Of a stretch of 64,000 nt of DNA, positions 21,028-30,017 are shown in pieces (within the stretch, counting starts at the first letter, position 1; each line of letters begins with the position of its first letter). This stretch comes from an uncultured delta proteobacterium (GTDB lineage Bacteria; Desulfobacterota; Binatia; UBA9968), in contig CAVXEP010000033.1 of assembly GCA_963760795.1 (NCBI GenBank), positions 32,001 to 96,000 on the forward strand, given 5' to 3'. Made by a program: the position numbers and the translations under genes. Below the pieces are notes generated by a model. It did no database searches. It was given only the letters and a program-made list of their open reading frames with translations, and was not told the origin of the DNA.

Positions 21028-22647
21028 ATGGGTCGCTTCTTGCCGTCGATTCAATCGTGTAGGGACCTCGGACGGCGTACCGCGTCTGCGGTTGTCATTT
21101 TGCCCCTGCTCATGAGCGCCTGCATGACCTATCGAGTGGATAGCCTATTGGATGAGCCGGATGCGAATCCCGGTGATCGCACGTGCGCGCGGGCGGTCCC
21201 ACCTGGTACGGAGGCTGGAGCGCCGGGCGGCCTGTGTACGCTCAGGGCTGCTGTCATGGAATCCAATGCCTCGGTGTGGAAAGACACTATCGAAGTCCCT
21301 AGTGGACTCTATCAGCTCACCCTTCCTGTGGCAGCGGGTGGAGGGCATCTGGCAATCACGGACGGCGTCAAGATTCAGGGTGCCGGTGCCGCCACCACCA
21401 TCATCGATGGCGACCATGCCCATATTGTGTTTTACGTCCAAAGCGATGGCCTCGAACTTAGTCACGTGACTGTACAGGGAGGCAACAGTAGCGGCGGAGG
21501 AGGGATTCGAATCGATGCCGGTACCTCCGAATTCAACAACCTGGTTATTCGACAGAACGAGGCTTTTACGGGTGGAGGCGGTCTTTATGTTGTTGATGGT
21601 GCGACGCTCACAATGCGGAAGAGTGCGATTATCGACAATTCCGCCACCGGCGCGTTTGGCGGAGGCATTTGGAATCAAGGTGAACTGTGGGTGTATGACT
21701 CTACGATTGCTAATAACAATTCAAATCGGGCTGGAGGGATCCGCAATTCAGGACAGATGAATCTTCGTAATGTGACCGTCAGCGGCAACATTGCCAATTC
21801 ACCCGAGGCGGGGACCGGAGGAATCTCCCAGGAGGGATTTGCCGTGCTCTATAACGTGACCATCACGAACAATACCGGTGTCGGAAACAATGCGGCAGCT
21901 AATCGTGGCGGCGGCATCCAAATCGGAAATGGCAAGACCACCGTTGTGAAAAACAGTATCATTGCCGGAAATCACGGCGGGGTCGGCCCCAATGACTGTG
22001 TGGGAGAGTTAAGTGGTGATAGCAAGTATAATCTGATCGGAGACAGCAATGAGTGCACAATTCCTTCCTTCGTGTCGACCTACCTGCTGAATGTCGATCC
22101 TCTGCTCGGACAATTGGCGAACAATGGAGGCCCCGCGCAGACGCATCTTCCGGCGGCGAATAGTCCCGTCCTTGAGGCGGCCTACCAATTCCCACCCCCT
22201 GCCGCAGACGCCTGCGAGGTACGAGATCAGAGAGGGGTACCCAGGCCGCAGGGTGGGGGCCGGTGCGATATGGGTGCGGTCGAGGTGACGAGCACAAATG
22301 CATTCGTGACAGGCTTTACTCTCGTCAATGCGGCATCGAATACCGACATCCATCCGCTGCTCCACGGAGACACACTGGTGCTGTCCGAGCTGCCGGCTGA
22401 GTTGTCCATCCGGGCTGTGGTGACGGGCGGAGTCGGAAGCGTGGTCTTCGGGTACGATGACACGCCATCCATCCAAACGGAGAATATCGCGCCCTACGCT
22501 CTCGCAGGAGATAGTCCTGCGGGTGATTATCTTCCATTCGGCGTCAGTACGGGCAGCCATATACTTACCGCGACACCATTTGCCGCGATGCAGGGCGGCG
22601 GGGCCGCCGGTGGGAGTCAGTCGATTACATTCGCCGTCCAAAACTGA
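21028..22647 (+). CDS. Secreted/lipoprotein beta-helix protein with CSLREA-like and choice-of-anchor-Q-like motifs
   Basis: RBS AGGAGG, LMSAC lipobox, CTLRAAV, GGG(I/L) and N-x-A repeats, LANNGG..TH, DQRG..R..CDMGAVE. Confidence 0.85.
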   Translation: MGRFLPSIQSCRDLGRRTASAVVILPLLMSACMTYRVDSLLDEPDANPGDRTCARAVPPGTEAGAPGGLCTLRAAVMESNASVWKDTIEVPSGLYQLTLPVAAGGGHLAITDGVKIQGAGAATTIIDGDHAHIVFYVQSDGLELSHVTVQGGNSSGGGGIRIDAGTSEFNNLVIRQNEAFTGGGGLYVVDGATLTMRKSAIIDNSATGAFGGGIWNQGELWVYDSTIANNNSNRAGGIRNSGQMNLRNVTVSGNIANSPEAGTGGISQEGFAVLYNVTITNNTGVGNNAAANRGGGIQIGNGKTTVVKNSIIAGNHGGVGPNDCVGELSGDSKYNLIGDSNECTIPSFVSTYLLNVDPLLGQLANNGGPAQTHLPAANSPVLEAAYQFPPPAADACEVRDQRGVPRPQGGGRCDMGAVEVTSTNAFVTGFTLVNAASNTDIHPLLHGDTLVLSELPAELSIRAVVTGGVGSVVFGYDDTPSIQTENIAPYALAGDSPAGDYLPFGVSTGSHILTATPFAAMQGGGAAGGSQSITFAVQN

Positions 22648-22717
22648 CGTCGCGGCGCCTATCCACCGTTCGCCGCTTTGGCCGGTCCCTATCCGCTGGC
22701 GTCTTCTTCGTTATTCA

Positions 22718-23698
22718 TTAACGCTTCTTGTAGGCTTGCTCGATGAATCCTTCGCGCACCAGTTTGTCGACGATGGAATTATCGGCGAAGGATTCGATGG
22801 GCTGACCCTTCTTGCCCATGAAGTCGAGACTGGCGGCGACCGCCTCCGGCTCCACGCGCGGGACGCGGTCGACGTATTTGGCCGCGTCGGTGTAAATTTC
22901 TTCGATCGCTTTGGCTTCCTTGAGCCGGCTATAGAAGGCGATGGCTTTGGTCACGCGCTCTTTTTGGCTCGGATCGCGGAGCGCCGCGACACCTTCGATA
23001 TAGGCCCGCATAATCTTTTCCAGCGTGTCCGGCGCGCGCCGTTGGAACTCCCGCGCGACGACCAGCTGGCCCATGGAATACTGAATACCGGAGTCGGCGA
23101 GCTCGAGCAAAATTCGATGCGGCACATCGGTGCGCAGGGTCGCCAGCACGGCGGCGTCGATCTGGCGGTGGCGAAAGGCCAGGCCGACTTCCAGGGTGCC
23201 GCCCAACTGGCGGATGGTTACGGCGTTTTCCAGGCCGACACGGCGCAGCAAGATCCGCGTCAGATTGTCGGTGGTGGCACCGAAGCGCGACACGCCGAAG
23301 GTTTTGCCGCGCAGCTCTTCGACGCGCTGGTACTCCGTCTGTGCCCACAGCCGCAGGTAAGGCCGGTTGGCCAGGCTGGCGATGGCGACAATCGGCGCGC
23401 CGCCGAGGGCGGCGGCGATCACCGCGTTGGCGCCGGCGATGGCACACTGGACGTCGCCGCCGATCAATGCCGGCACCATCACCGGGCTCGATGAGATGAA
23501 AACAAAATTAGGCTCGACGCCGTATTTGCTGAACGCGCCGATCTCCTTGGCGGTCCACAGGCCAACGGCGGTGGGACCGGTGCTGGAATAGCCGATGGTG
23601 AGTTTGGCTTTTTCCGCCGGTTGGGCCGGCGCGCCTAGGAGCAGAGCGGCCAATCCCGCCGCGCCCGCCGCTTTAAGAAATTTCCATGGTCGTAACAT
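22718..23698 (-). CDS. ABC substrate-binding protein, NMT1/SsuA family (orphan)
   Basis: Signal peptide, LRGKTFGVSRFG, DNSIVDKLVREGF. Confidence 0.9.
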   Translation of the reverse strand: MLRPWKFLKAAGAAGLAALLLGAPAQPAEKAKLTIGYSSTGPTAVGLWTAKEIGAFSKYGVEPNFVFISSSPVMVPALIGGDVQCAIAGANAVIAAALGGAPIVAIASLANRPYLRLWAQTEYQRVEELRGKTFGVSRFGATTDNLTRILLRRVGLENAVTIRQLGGTLEVGLAFRHRQIDAAVLATLRTDVPHRILLELADSGIQYSMGQLVVAREFQRRAPDTLEKIMRAYIEGVAALRDPSQKERVTKAIAFYSRLKEAKAIEEIYTDAAKYVDRVPRVEPEAVAASLDFMGKKGQPIESFADNSIVDKLVREGFIEQAYKKR

Positions 23699-23716
23699 TG
23701 CAGGTCCTGGATTGTC

Positions 23717-24718
23717 TCAACGGTAAACGGCGTCGATGAAGCCGTTGGCTTCCAATTGCCGGACGAAACGGTCGTCGAAAAACCGGCCGGGATCTTGGTC
23801 CTTGGCTTTGGGATTGCGCTCGGCAAGCTCATCGATGACCGCCCTCACGGCGTCGACAGTCGGCAGCGGGATTTTCAGCAGATATTTGATAATCTGCACG
23901 TCGTAGGTTTCGGTTAACAGATCGGCATCGTCGGTGCGCAGATATTTGCGAAAAACGTTGAAGCTAAAGGCGCGATTTTTTTTCATGAGCGCGCTCGCCT
24001 CGACGACGGCGGCGAGATAGCGGCGGACCAGATCGGGATCGTTGCGGATGATCTCGCCGCGGGTCGAAACGCCGTTGGCGGCATAGGCGATGTTAAGCGT
24101 GGGCAGATGCAACATCAGGCGATTGCCAAGCTTGAGCGCGCGCGATGTCGCCGGATAACCGAACACGCCGCCGTGAATGCGGCCGCCCTGAATCGCACTG
24201 ACGATCCATTCGCCCGCGCCGATCTCGGCGATGGCGACGTCTTTGCCGGCTTCCATGCCGAAGTGGCGCAGGGCGATGCGCGCACCGGTATGCAGCGAGG
24301 TGCCGTAGCGGCTGATGCCGATGCTTTTGCCGCGCAACTGCTCCGGCTTTTCGATCTCGGGGCGAACCACCAGATTGAGCACCAGAGTACCGACCAGAGT
24401 GGCGATGATTTTTACGTCCAGGCCACCGACGGCAGCGCCGGCAGTGGTGCCGCCGGCGATGTGGACGAAATCGACTTCGCGAGCCGCCAGTGTGTTAATA
24501 CCTTGCAAGCCGCTGGGCATGGCGACGACTTCGACTTGTAGGCCGTGTTTGGCGAATATCCCCGATTCGTGAGCCGCCCACGCCGGCGACATGCTGCCGG
24601 AGATGCTGGTGATGGCGGCGCGGATTTTACGCAGTCCGCTTGGTTCGGCGGCGTAGGTCATGCCGGCGTGGAGAAAAAACCCGGCAATGACTATTCGCAG
24701 TAGCTTGCGCCTTGGCAT
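23717..24718 (-). CDS. ABC substrate-binding protein, NMT1/SsuA family (orphan)
   Basis: Signal peptide, LRGKSIGISRYG, DDRFVRQLEANGF. Confidence 0.9.
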   Translation of the reverse strand: MPRRKLLRIVIAGFFLHAGMTYAAEPSGLRKIRAAITSISGSMSPAWAAHESGIFAKHGLQVEVVAMPSGLQGINTLAAREVDFVHIAGGTTAGAAVGGLDVKIIATLVGTLVLNLVVRPEIEKPEQLRGKSIGISRYGTSLHTGARIALRHFGMEAGKDVAIAEIGAGEWIVSAIQGGRIHGGVFGYPATSRALKLGNRLMLHLPTLNIAYAANGVSTRGEIIRNDPDLVRRYLAAVVEASALMKKNRAFSFNVFRKYLRTDDADLLTETYDVQIIKYLLKIPLPTVDAVRAVIDELAERNPKAKDQDPGRFFDDRFVRQLEANGFIDAVYR

Positions 24719-24802
24719 CGATCACCTCTCGGAAACGTTCATGTACCGGCAACTCTTTCGCCGCTGCTCGGTGAACTCTCGTATAGCTCAGATTGCCGGG
24801 AT

Positions 24803-25213
24803 TTACAGCGGCATCTTGGCAAATTTCGGCAAGGCTGGATTCATATGATCCCAGGACTGGGCGCTGGAAATGTAAATATCCATCTGAGGCATATATTGGC
24901 TCGGATCGTCGAGGCTCGCGGCCGTGATCATCGCGAGATCGGTCATCGCGCTGGTTTTACCGAATAATCGAGAGCCGCATTCAGGGCAGAAGCCCCGGCT
25001 TAGCGTGTTTCCGCTGTCGGCTTTGCTGTCATGGTACTTGACGTTGCCGGTAATCTTGAGCGCCGCCGCCGGGATGCCGATGGCCGCTTCATAGGCGCCG
25101 CCGCTGGCTTTTTGGCAATCGCGGCAGTGACAATTGCCCATGAAAATCGCGTCAGCGCTGCATACATAACGCACGGCGCCGCACATGCATCCGCCAGTAA
25201 AATTTGTCGCCAT
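24803..25213 (-). CDS. GFA/CENP-V family Zn-binding protein
   Basis: GGCMCG, CHCRDCQ, FCPECGS. Confidence 0.92.
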   Translation of the reverse strand: MATNFTGGCMCGAVRYVCSADAIFMGNCHCRDCQKASGGAYEAAIGIPAAALKITGNVKYHDSKADSGNTLSRGFCPECGSRLFGKTSAMTDLAMITAASLDDPSQYMPQMDIYISSAQSWDHMNPALPKFAKMPL

Positions 25214-25318
25214 ACTTTGCCCTCCTTTTGGTTATTGAACTCTCATTAAAACTGAATGACTCTCGACTTTAGACCGAGGGGTTCTGAATTCGGTGACTGG
25301 AAGTCGACTCTTCCTTTC

Positions 25319-25399
25319 GTCATTCCGGCGCGGGCCGGTATCCATTTTCTTGTACTCGAGTTGAAATCAAACCTGGATGCCGGCCTACGCCGGCACGAC
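25319..25399. repeat. Inverted REP-like pair (GTCATTCCGGCG type)
   Basis: GTCATTCCGGCGCGGGCCGGTATCCA 25319-25344 is inverted with TGGATGCCGGCCTACGCCGGCACGAC 25374-25399. Confidence 0.7.
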
Positions 25400-25586
25400 A
25401 AATCTTTTCTCCGCCTACAGGTAAGTCGCATTCGTTCGAAGCGGTTCGCGGACTCACCACATTCTACGGGTTCCGCCATTTTGATTTTCCGTGGGTGTGC
25501 ATAAGCACATGAAACACTTCGTCGTGAAAAACTCTTTCCCATTTGATTGCGCCTGTACATCACAAGAGCCTAAAGAACCTTTAGAT

Positions 25587-26249
25587 TTAAGCTCTCCAGT
25601 GGGGTGGGTAAGTACGCTGATAGTTAGGCAACGCTTCGATGCGTCCGACCCATTTGGCGAGGTTGGGATAATAGGTCGCCAGCGGCAGCCATTGCAGCTT
25701 GAATGGTTGCGCCGCCTCCTTGGCGGCCGCGCGCAGGATGAGTTGAATCAGCGGAAATATCGCGATGTCGGCGGCGCTGATGGCGTTGCCAACCAACCAG
25801 TTGACGCTTGCCAGCCGTTGATCAAGAATCTCTAGCTCGTGCCGAATGGTACCTGCCGCCTGCTGGATTTCATCGACCTGATCCAAGCCTTTGCCGAAGA
25901 ACAGCGGTCGAACGACTTTGTCGCCGGCGCTGGTGAGATAGGACTCGCATTCGGAAATCGCCTGCCAAATCAGCGCGGTTTCCTCGGCGCTAGTGCCGAA
26001 CAGCGGCGGGGCCGGATACTTGCGATCGAGATAACTCATCATCGCCAACGACTCGTAAACCACGAAGCCGCCGTCTTTGAGCGTCGGCACTTTGCCGCGT
26101 GGATTGAGTTGCAGATAAGCCGGCGTTTTGTGCTCGCCCTTGGAAAACTCCAAAAGCTTCGACTCGTAAGCCAAGCCTTTCACTTCCAAGGTCAGCATGA
26201 CGCGCCAGGCGAACGGACTGCCGCTGCCCCAGTAAAGTTCGATGGCCAT
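25587..26249 (-). CDS. Glutathione S-transferase family protein
   Basis: GSGSPFAWRV, LNPRGKVPTL, YESLAM, ISAADI. Confidence 0.92.
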   Translation of the reverse strand: MAIELYWGSGSPFAWRVMLTLEVKGLAYESKLLEFSKGEHKTPAYLQLNPRGKVPTLKDGGFVVYESLAMMSYLDRKYPAPPLFGTSAEETALIWQAISECESYLTSAGDKVVRPLFFGKGLDQVDEIQQAAGTIRHELEILDQRLASVNWLVGNAISAADIAIFPLIQLILRAAAKEAAQPFKLQWLPLATYYPNLAKWVGRIEALPNYQRTYPPHWRA

Positions 26250-26435
26250 ACTAATTAATCCTCCTTTGTCGGACCAGTTAAACTCCCTTAAGAATGCAAT
26301 GACAACTCACCGGAAGGACAATTCCCTGTAATACGAAAACCTTTGACCTCGCGCAAAAAACTTGCCCCATCGACGGCCATTGAGATATAGCCTGGGAATA
26401 CTCAAGAAATCCCACTTTAAGAGTTTGGAGTCCAC

Positions 26436-27896
26436 ATGGCCCCACCTACCAATAAGTTTAACAGCCCGATCGCAATGACCCGGCGCCAGTTTGTCAGGAC
26501 CGCCGCCGGTGGAATTGCGAGTATCGCCGTGGCCGATAGCGCCGTTCACTCGGCACAGCCTGCGAGAAGTCTTCCGGACAAGATGAGACGCATCCTGCTC
26601 AAAGGTGGCGTGGTGCTGACTTTCGATGCGGCCACCGGCGACTTTGAAAAGGCCGATGTCTTGATCGAAGGGAAAAAGATCGTCGCGGTGCAACCGAACA
26701 TCAGCGCGACGGCGACGGTCATCGATGCTTCGAATATGATCGTTTTGCCGGGCTTTATCGACTCGCACCACCATTGTTATCAGGGTGCCTTGCGCAACAT
26801 CCAGACCAACGGCCTGTTGGACGACTACTCGCGCGACATCGTCGGCGAAGCGACGCCCTTTTACCGGCCGGAAGACGCCTATGCCGGCGAGCTGATTAGT
26901 GCCGTCCGCGCCCTCGATGCCGGCATCACGACGGTGATGGATATCTCGCAAGTGTCGAACTCGCCGGAGCATAGCGATGCCTGTATCAAAGGCTTGCAGG
27001 ATGGCGGCATACGCGCGGTATTCGCCTACGCGCGCGGTTTTGGGCCCAAGGCGCAGTATCCGCAGGATATTGAGCGTTTGCAGAAGCGCTATTTTTCTTC
27101 GGCCGATCAGTTGTTGACTCTGGCGATGGGCACACAGTTGACCCAGGAACAGTGGGCCGTGGCGCGCAAAGTCGGCGTGCGGATTTTTACCCATGTGGTC
27201 GGCCGCGCCGCTTGCGATACTATTCTCAAATGGGGCCAAGCCGGTCTCATGCGCGCGGACAACGTTTATATCCACGCGACCAGCGCCAGCGCGGAGTTCA
27301 TGCGCAAGACCGCTGACAGCGGGGGCAGCGTGTCGATCGCGGCGCCCATCGAGATGACCATGCGCCACGGCATGCCGCCGCTGCAGCTAGCGCTCGATAA
27401 TGGCATCCGCCCGAGTCTCAGCAGCGATGTCGAGACCACCATGGCGGCGGATATGTTCACGCAGATGCGCTCGGTGTTCACATTGCAACGGGCCTTCGTC
27501 AACGAGCGGGCGATCGCCGGCGAGAAGAATCTGCCGGCAATGTTAACGGCGCGGGAAGTGATCGGCTTTGCCACCGTGGAAGGAGCCAAGTGCACCGGCC
27601 TCGACCGCAAGGTCGGCACGCTGACGCCGGGCAAAGAAGCGGATGTCGTCATGCTGCGCACAGATTTGCCCAACGTATTGCCTTTCAATAACGCCTACGG
27701 CGCCATCGTCGCCCATATGGACACGAGTAACGTCGATACCGTGCTGGTCGCGGGTAAGGTGATGAAGCGCGCCGGCAAATTAATCGGCGTCGACATGAAA
27801 CATATCGCCCAACTCGCCGACCGCTCGCGCAACTATATCGTCGGCAAAACCGGCTGGCCACGCTCGGTGCTCGATACCAGCAGAGCCGGGCGATGA
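26436..27896 (+). CDS. Metal-dependent amidohydrolase (SsnA/MtaD-like) with Tat signal
   Basis: TRRQFV twin-arginine leader, PGFIDSHHH, LSSD, GTLTPGKEAD. Confidence 0.88.
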   Translation: MAPPTNKFNSPIAMTRRQFVRTAAGGIASIAVADSAVHSAQPARSLPDKMRRILLKGGVVLTFDAATGDFEKADVLIEGKKIVAVQPNISATATVIDASNMIVLPGFIDSHHHCYQGALRNIQTNGLLDDYSRDIVGEATPFYRPEDAYAGELISAVRALDAGITTVMDISQVSNSPEHSDACIKGLQDGGIRAVFAYARGFGPKAQYPQDIERLQKRYFSSADQLLTLAMGTQLTQEQWAVARKVGVRIFTHVVGRAACDTILKWGQAGLMRADNVYIHATSASAEFMRKTADSGGSVSIAAPIEMTMRHGMPPLQLALDNGIRPSLSSDVETTMAADMFTQMRSVFTLQRAFVNERAIAGEKNLPAMLTAREVIGFATVEGAKCTGLDRKVGTLTPGKEADVVMLRTDLPNVLPFNNAYGAIVAHMDTSNVDTVLVAGKVMKRAGKLIGVDMKHIAQLADRSRNYIVGKTGWPRSVLDTSRAGR

Positions 27897-27931
27897 GCAT
27901 TGAGTTGTCGGCGTTCGGGCGCTGACCAGCG

Positions 27932-27989
27932 GTGTCATTTCGACCGGAGGGGAGAAATCCAGGATCTCTCATTGCGTTCGAGATGACAC
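27932..27989. repeat. REP-like palindrome (GTCATTTCGA type)
   Basis: GTGTCATTTCGA pairs with TCGAGATGACAC (11/12); between convergent genes. Confidence 0.65.
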
Positions 27990-28009
27990 TAACCCTGATT
28001 TCCGATGCG

Positions 28010-28729
28010 CTACTCATCCAGCTCCGGATAGTGACGAAAGATCCCATTGGTGTTGAAGGCTAAGCGACGCGGCGATGCCAGATATTTTTTTATCCGCGGC
28101 CGGGCGGCGACTCGGTCGTGCAGGGCGATGGCGCGCGGGATGGTCGGTGCCACTTTTGCCATGGCGCGGGGAAAGGCGTAGCGCAGCCCCTCGACCATTT
28201 GAAATAGCGACAGATCGGCGTAGCAAATCTTTTTTCCGAGCAGGTAGGGAGCGGCTTTGCCGTTTCTCTGCAATATCTTTTCGTAGTAGCCGAAAAACTT
28301 CGGAATGCGCTGGGAAGTGAAAAAGGATGAGCGTTTTTTCGCTTCGTCCTTTTGTTCTTCGTAGTAAAGCGCGTTGGCGATGGGATGATGGGTGTTGCCG
28401 ACCTCGGCCACCCAATCGGTCACCGTCAGCTGCAATTGATGCACCCACAGCCGGCTCGCTTGGTCCTTCGGCACCAGTCCCAAGCGTGGGCCAAGGTACT
28501 GAAGAATATTAGCCGTCTGACCGATCATGAGCTTGCCGGCTTTCAAGAATGGCGGCGCATAGGATGGATACTCGACGCTGGGATCTTCGAGAATCTTCAT
28601 GATGCCGGGACGGCCGAAGGCGGGATCACGCGCGACGTCGACATAGTCGGCACCGGCATCTTCCAGCGCCAAGCGGACGAATTCACCGCGGCCTTGAATG
28701 GACGGTTGGTAGTAGAGCTCGTAGCGCAT
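28010..28729 (-). CDS. Glutathione S-transferase family protein
   Basis: IQGRGEFVRL, APPFL, GQTANIL, YADLSLF. Confidence 0.9.
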   Translation of the reverse strand: MRYELYYQPSIQGRGEFVRLALEDAGADYVDVARDPAFGRPGIMKILEDPSVEYPSYAPPFLKAGKLMIGQTANILQYLGPRLGLVPKDQASRLWVHQLQLTVTDWVAEVGNTHHPIANALYYEEQKDEAKKRSSFFTSQRIPKFFGYYEKILQRNGKAAPYLLGKKICYADLSLFQMVEGLRYAFPRAMAKVAPTIPRAIALHDRVAARPRIKKYLASPRRLAFNTNGIFRHYPELDE

Positions 28730-28745
28730 ATTCGGTCTCCTTTTC

Positions 28746-28839
28746 GTCGAGGATAGATGATGGAGGATAGATGATGGCGACGGATCAGAGTTCTCAGCCG
28801 GGCTCCATCGATCCTCATCCTCGATCTTCCATCCTCGAC
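28746..28839. repeat. 7-nt periodic palindromic element
   Basis: 9-bp terminal inverted repeat GTCGAGGAT/ATCCTCGAC; GAGGATAGATGATG x2 on the left, ATCCTC units on the right. Confidence 0.7.
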
Positions 28840-28848
28840 CATTTTCAC

Positions 28849-29979
28849 TTAGCGCGGCGCCAGCTTATCGATCAAACCGCTGGTCTCGAAAGACCTGAGC
28901 AAGCTGTTATCGACAATTCCTTTCGCGTCGACTTTCGGCAGCGGCGGGCCTTGGCTCTGCATGGCGTCAATCGTCGCCCGCGTCGAAGCCTCATCGACAT
29001 AGGGAATGCGCGGCAAGTCCGACGCCATCTCGTCGTAGAACTTATTCAAGATTTCGGCGTCGCGTTGGCGCGTGTATTTGGCGATTACGCGGATGGTCGA
29101 GTCTCTTTGGCTGCGCACATGGGCGAGCCCTTCAACATAACCGCGCAAAAACGCCTCGGCGCCGTCGCGCCGCTCGCGCAGGTATTTTCGCGTCGTGCCG
29201 GTGATCGTAATCAGTTGGCGGATGCCGAGATCACGGATGATCGAAAACTTTCTCAGCCCCTGCTTTTCGGCGGCGTAGGTGTTGGGCGCCGTCAGGATGG
29301 TCGCGGCGGCTTGCTTGCGCAGCACCGCGGCGGTGCGCTCCGGTTGGCCGGCGGTGCCGAACTGGACGAACTGGACATCTTCCTTCTTGAGGCCGACCTG
29401 TTCCAGGACTTTCAAAAAATAACCGTAGGTCGGGCTGGTCGGGTCGAGGGCGATTCTCTTGCCGCGCAGATCTTCCAACTTCACGACGCTCGGATCGGTA
29501 AGCAAGACATAATGGGCCACGGTGTTGTACTGGGTAGCGATGAACACGCCGTCGCCGCCACCGGAAACCAGCCGGATCAATCCCTCGGCGCCGCCCTGGT
29601 AGAATTGAATCTCACCGGCGGTGAGCGCCGATAACATGACGCGGTTGCCCTGGATGTAAGCGAGCTTGCTGTCCAGTCCATGTCTGGCGAACAGGCCAAG
29701 ATCCTGGGCCACCCACAGCGGCGCAAAGCTGCCGCTGATCGCGGAGTAACCGATGGTGACGGCGGCGGGCTTCTTGTCTTGCGCGCTGGCGGCTGTGGTG
29801 AGACAGCAAGCGAGCACAAAAGCCTCGATGGCCAGCCGACGCCGGAAATGGGTCTTGGCGTGGTAATGAAAGACTGATTTCACCACGAAGGACACGAAAA
29901 TCACGAAGTTTTCGGCCATGAGTTTTCCAACCTTCGTGTCCTTCGTGCCTTCGTGGTGAGATTGTATTTTCGTCGTCAT
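28849..29979 (-). CDS. ABC substrate-binding protein, NMT1/SsuA family; N-terminus contains an inserted repeat element (start uncertain)
   Basis: IGYSAISG, LRGKRIA, VDNSLLRSFETSG; frame is open back to 30003. Confidence 0.88.
   Translation of the reverse strand: MTTKIQSHHEGTKDTKVGKLMAENFVIFVSFVVKSVFHYHAKTHFRRRLAIEAFVLACCLTTAASAQDKKPAAVTIGYSAISGSFAPLWVAQDLGLFARHGLDSKLAYIQGNRVMLSALTAGEIQFYQGGAEGLIRLVSGGGDGVFIATQYNTVAHYVLLTDPSVVKLEDLRGKRIALDPTSPTYGYFLKVLEQVGLKKEDVQFVQFGTAGQPERTAAVLRKQAAATILTAPNTYAAEKQGLRKFSIIRDLGIRQLITITGTTRKYLRERRDGAEAFLRGYVEGLAHVRSQRDSTIRVIAKYTRQRDAEILNKFYDEMASDLPRIPYVDEASTRATIDAMQSQGPPLPKVDAKGIVDNSLLRSFETSGLIDKLAPR
29880..29959. mobile_element. MITE-like 80-bp element of CACGAAG 9-mers
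   Basis: 12-bp perfect inverted ends TCACCACGAAGG/CCTTCGTGGTGA flanked by direct GATT (29876-29879, 29960-29963). Confidence 0.6.
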
Positions 29980-30017
29980 GGCATTCTTGTCGTACATGCG
30001 CATTTTCAGAATTCCGA

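Noticed and set aside
22457-23494. Long antisense ORFs (also 26307..27368, 28771..29634, 50312..51187, 60622..61395)
   Set aside because: Shadow frames of well-supported genes in high-GC DNA; no motifs or RBS.
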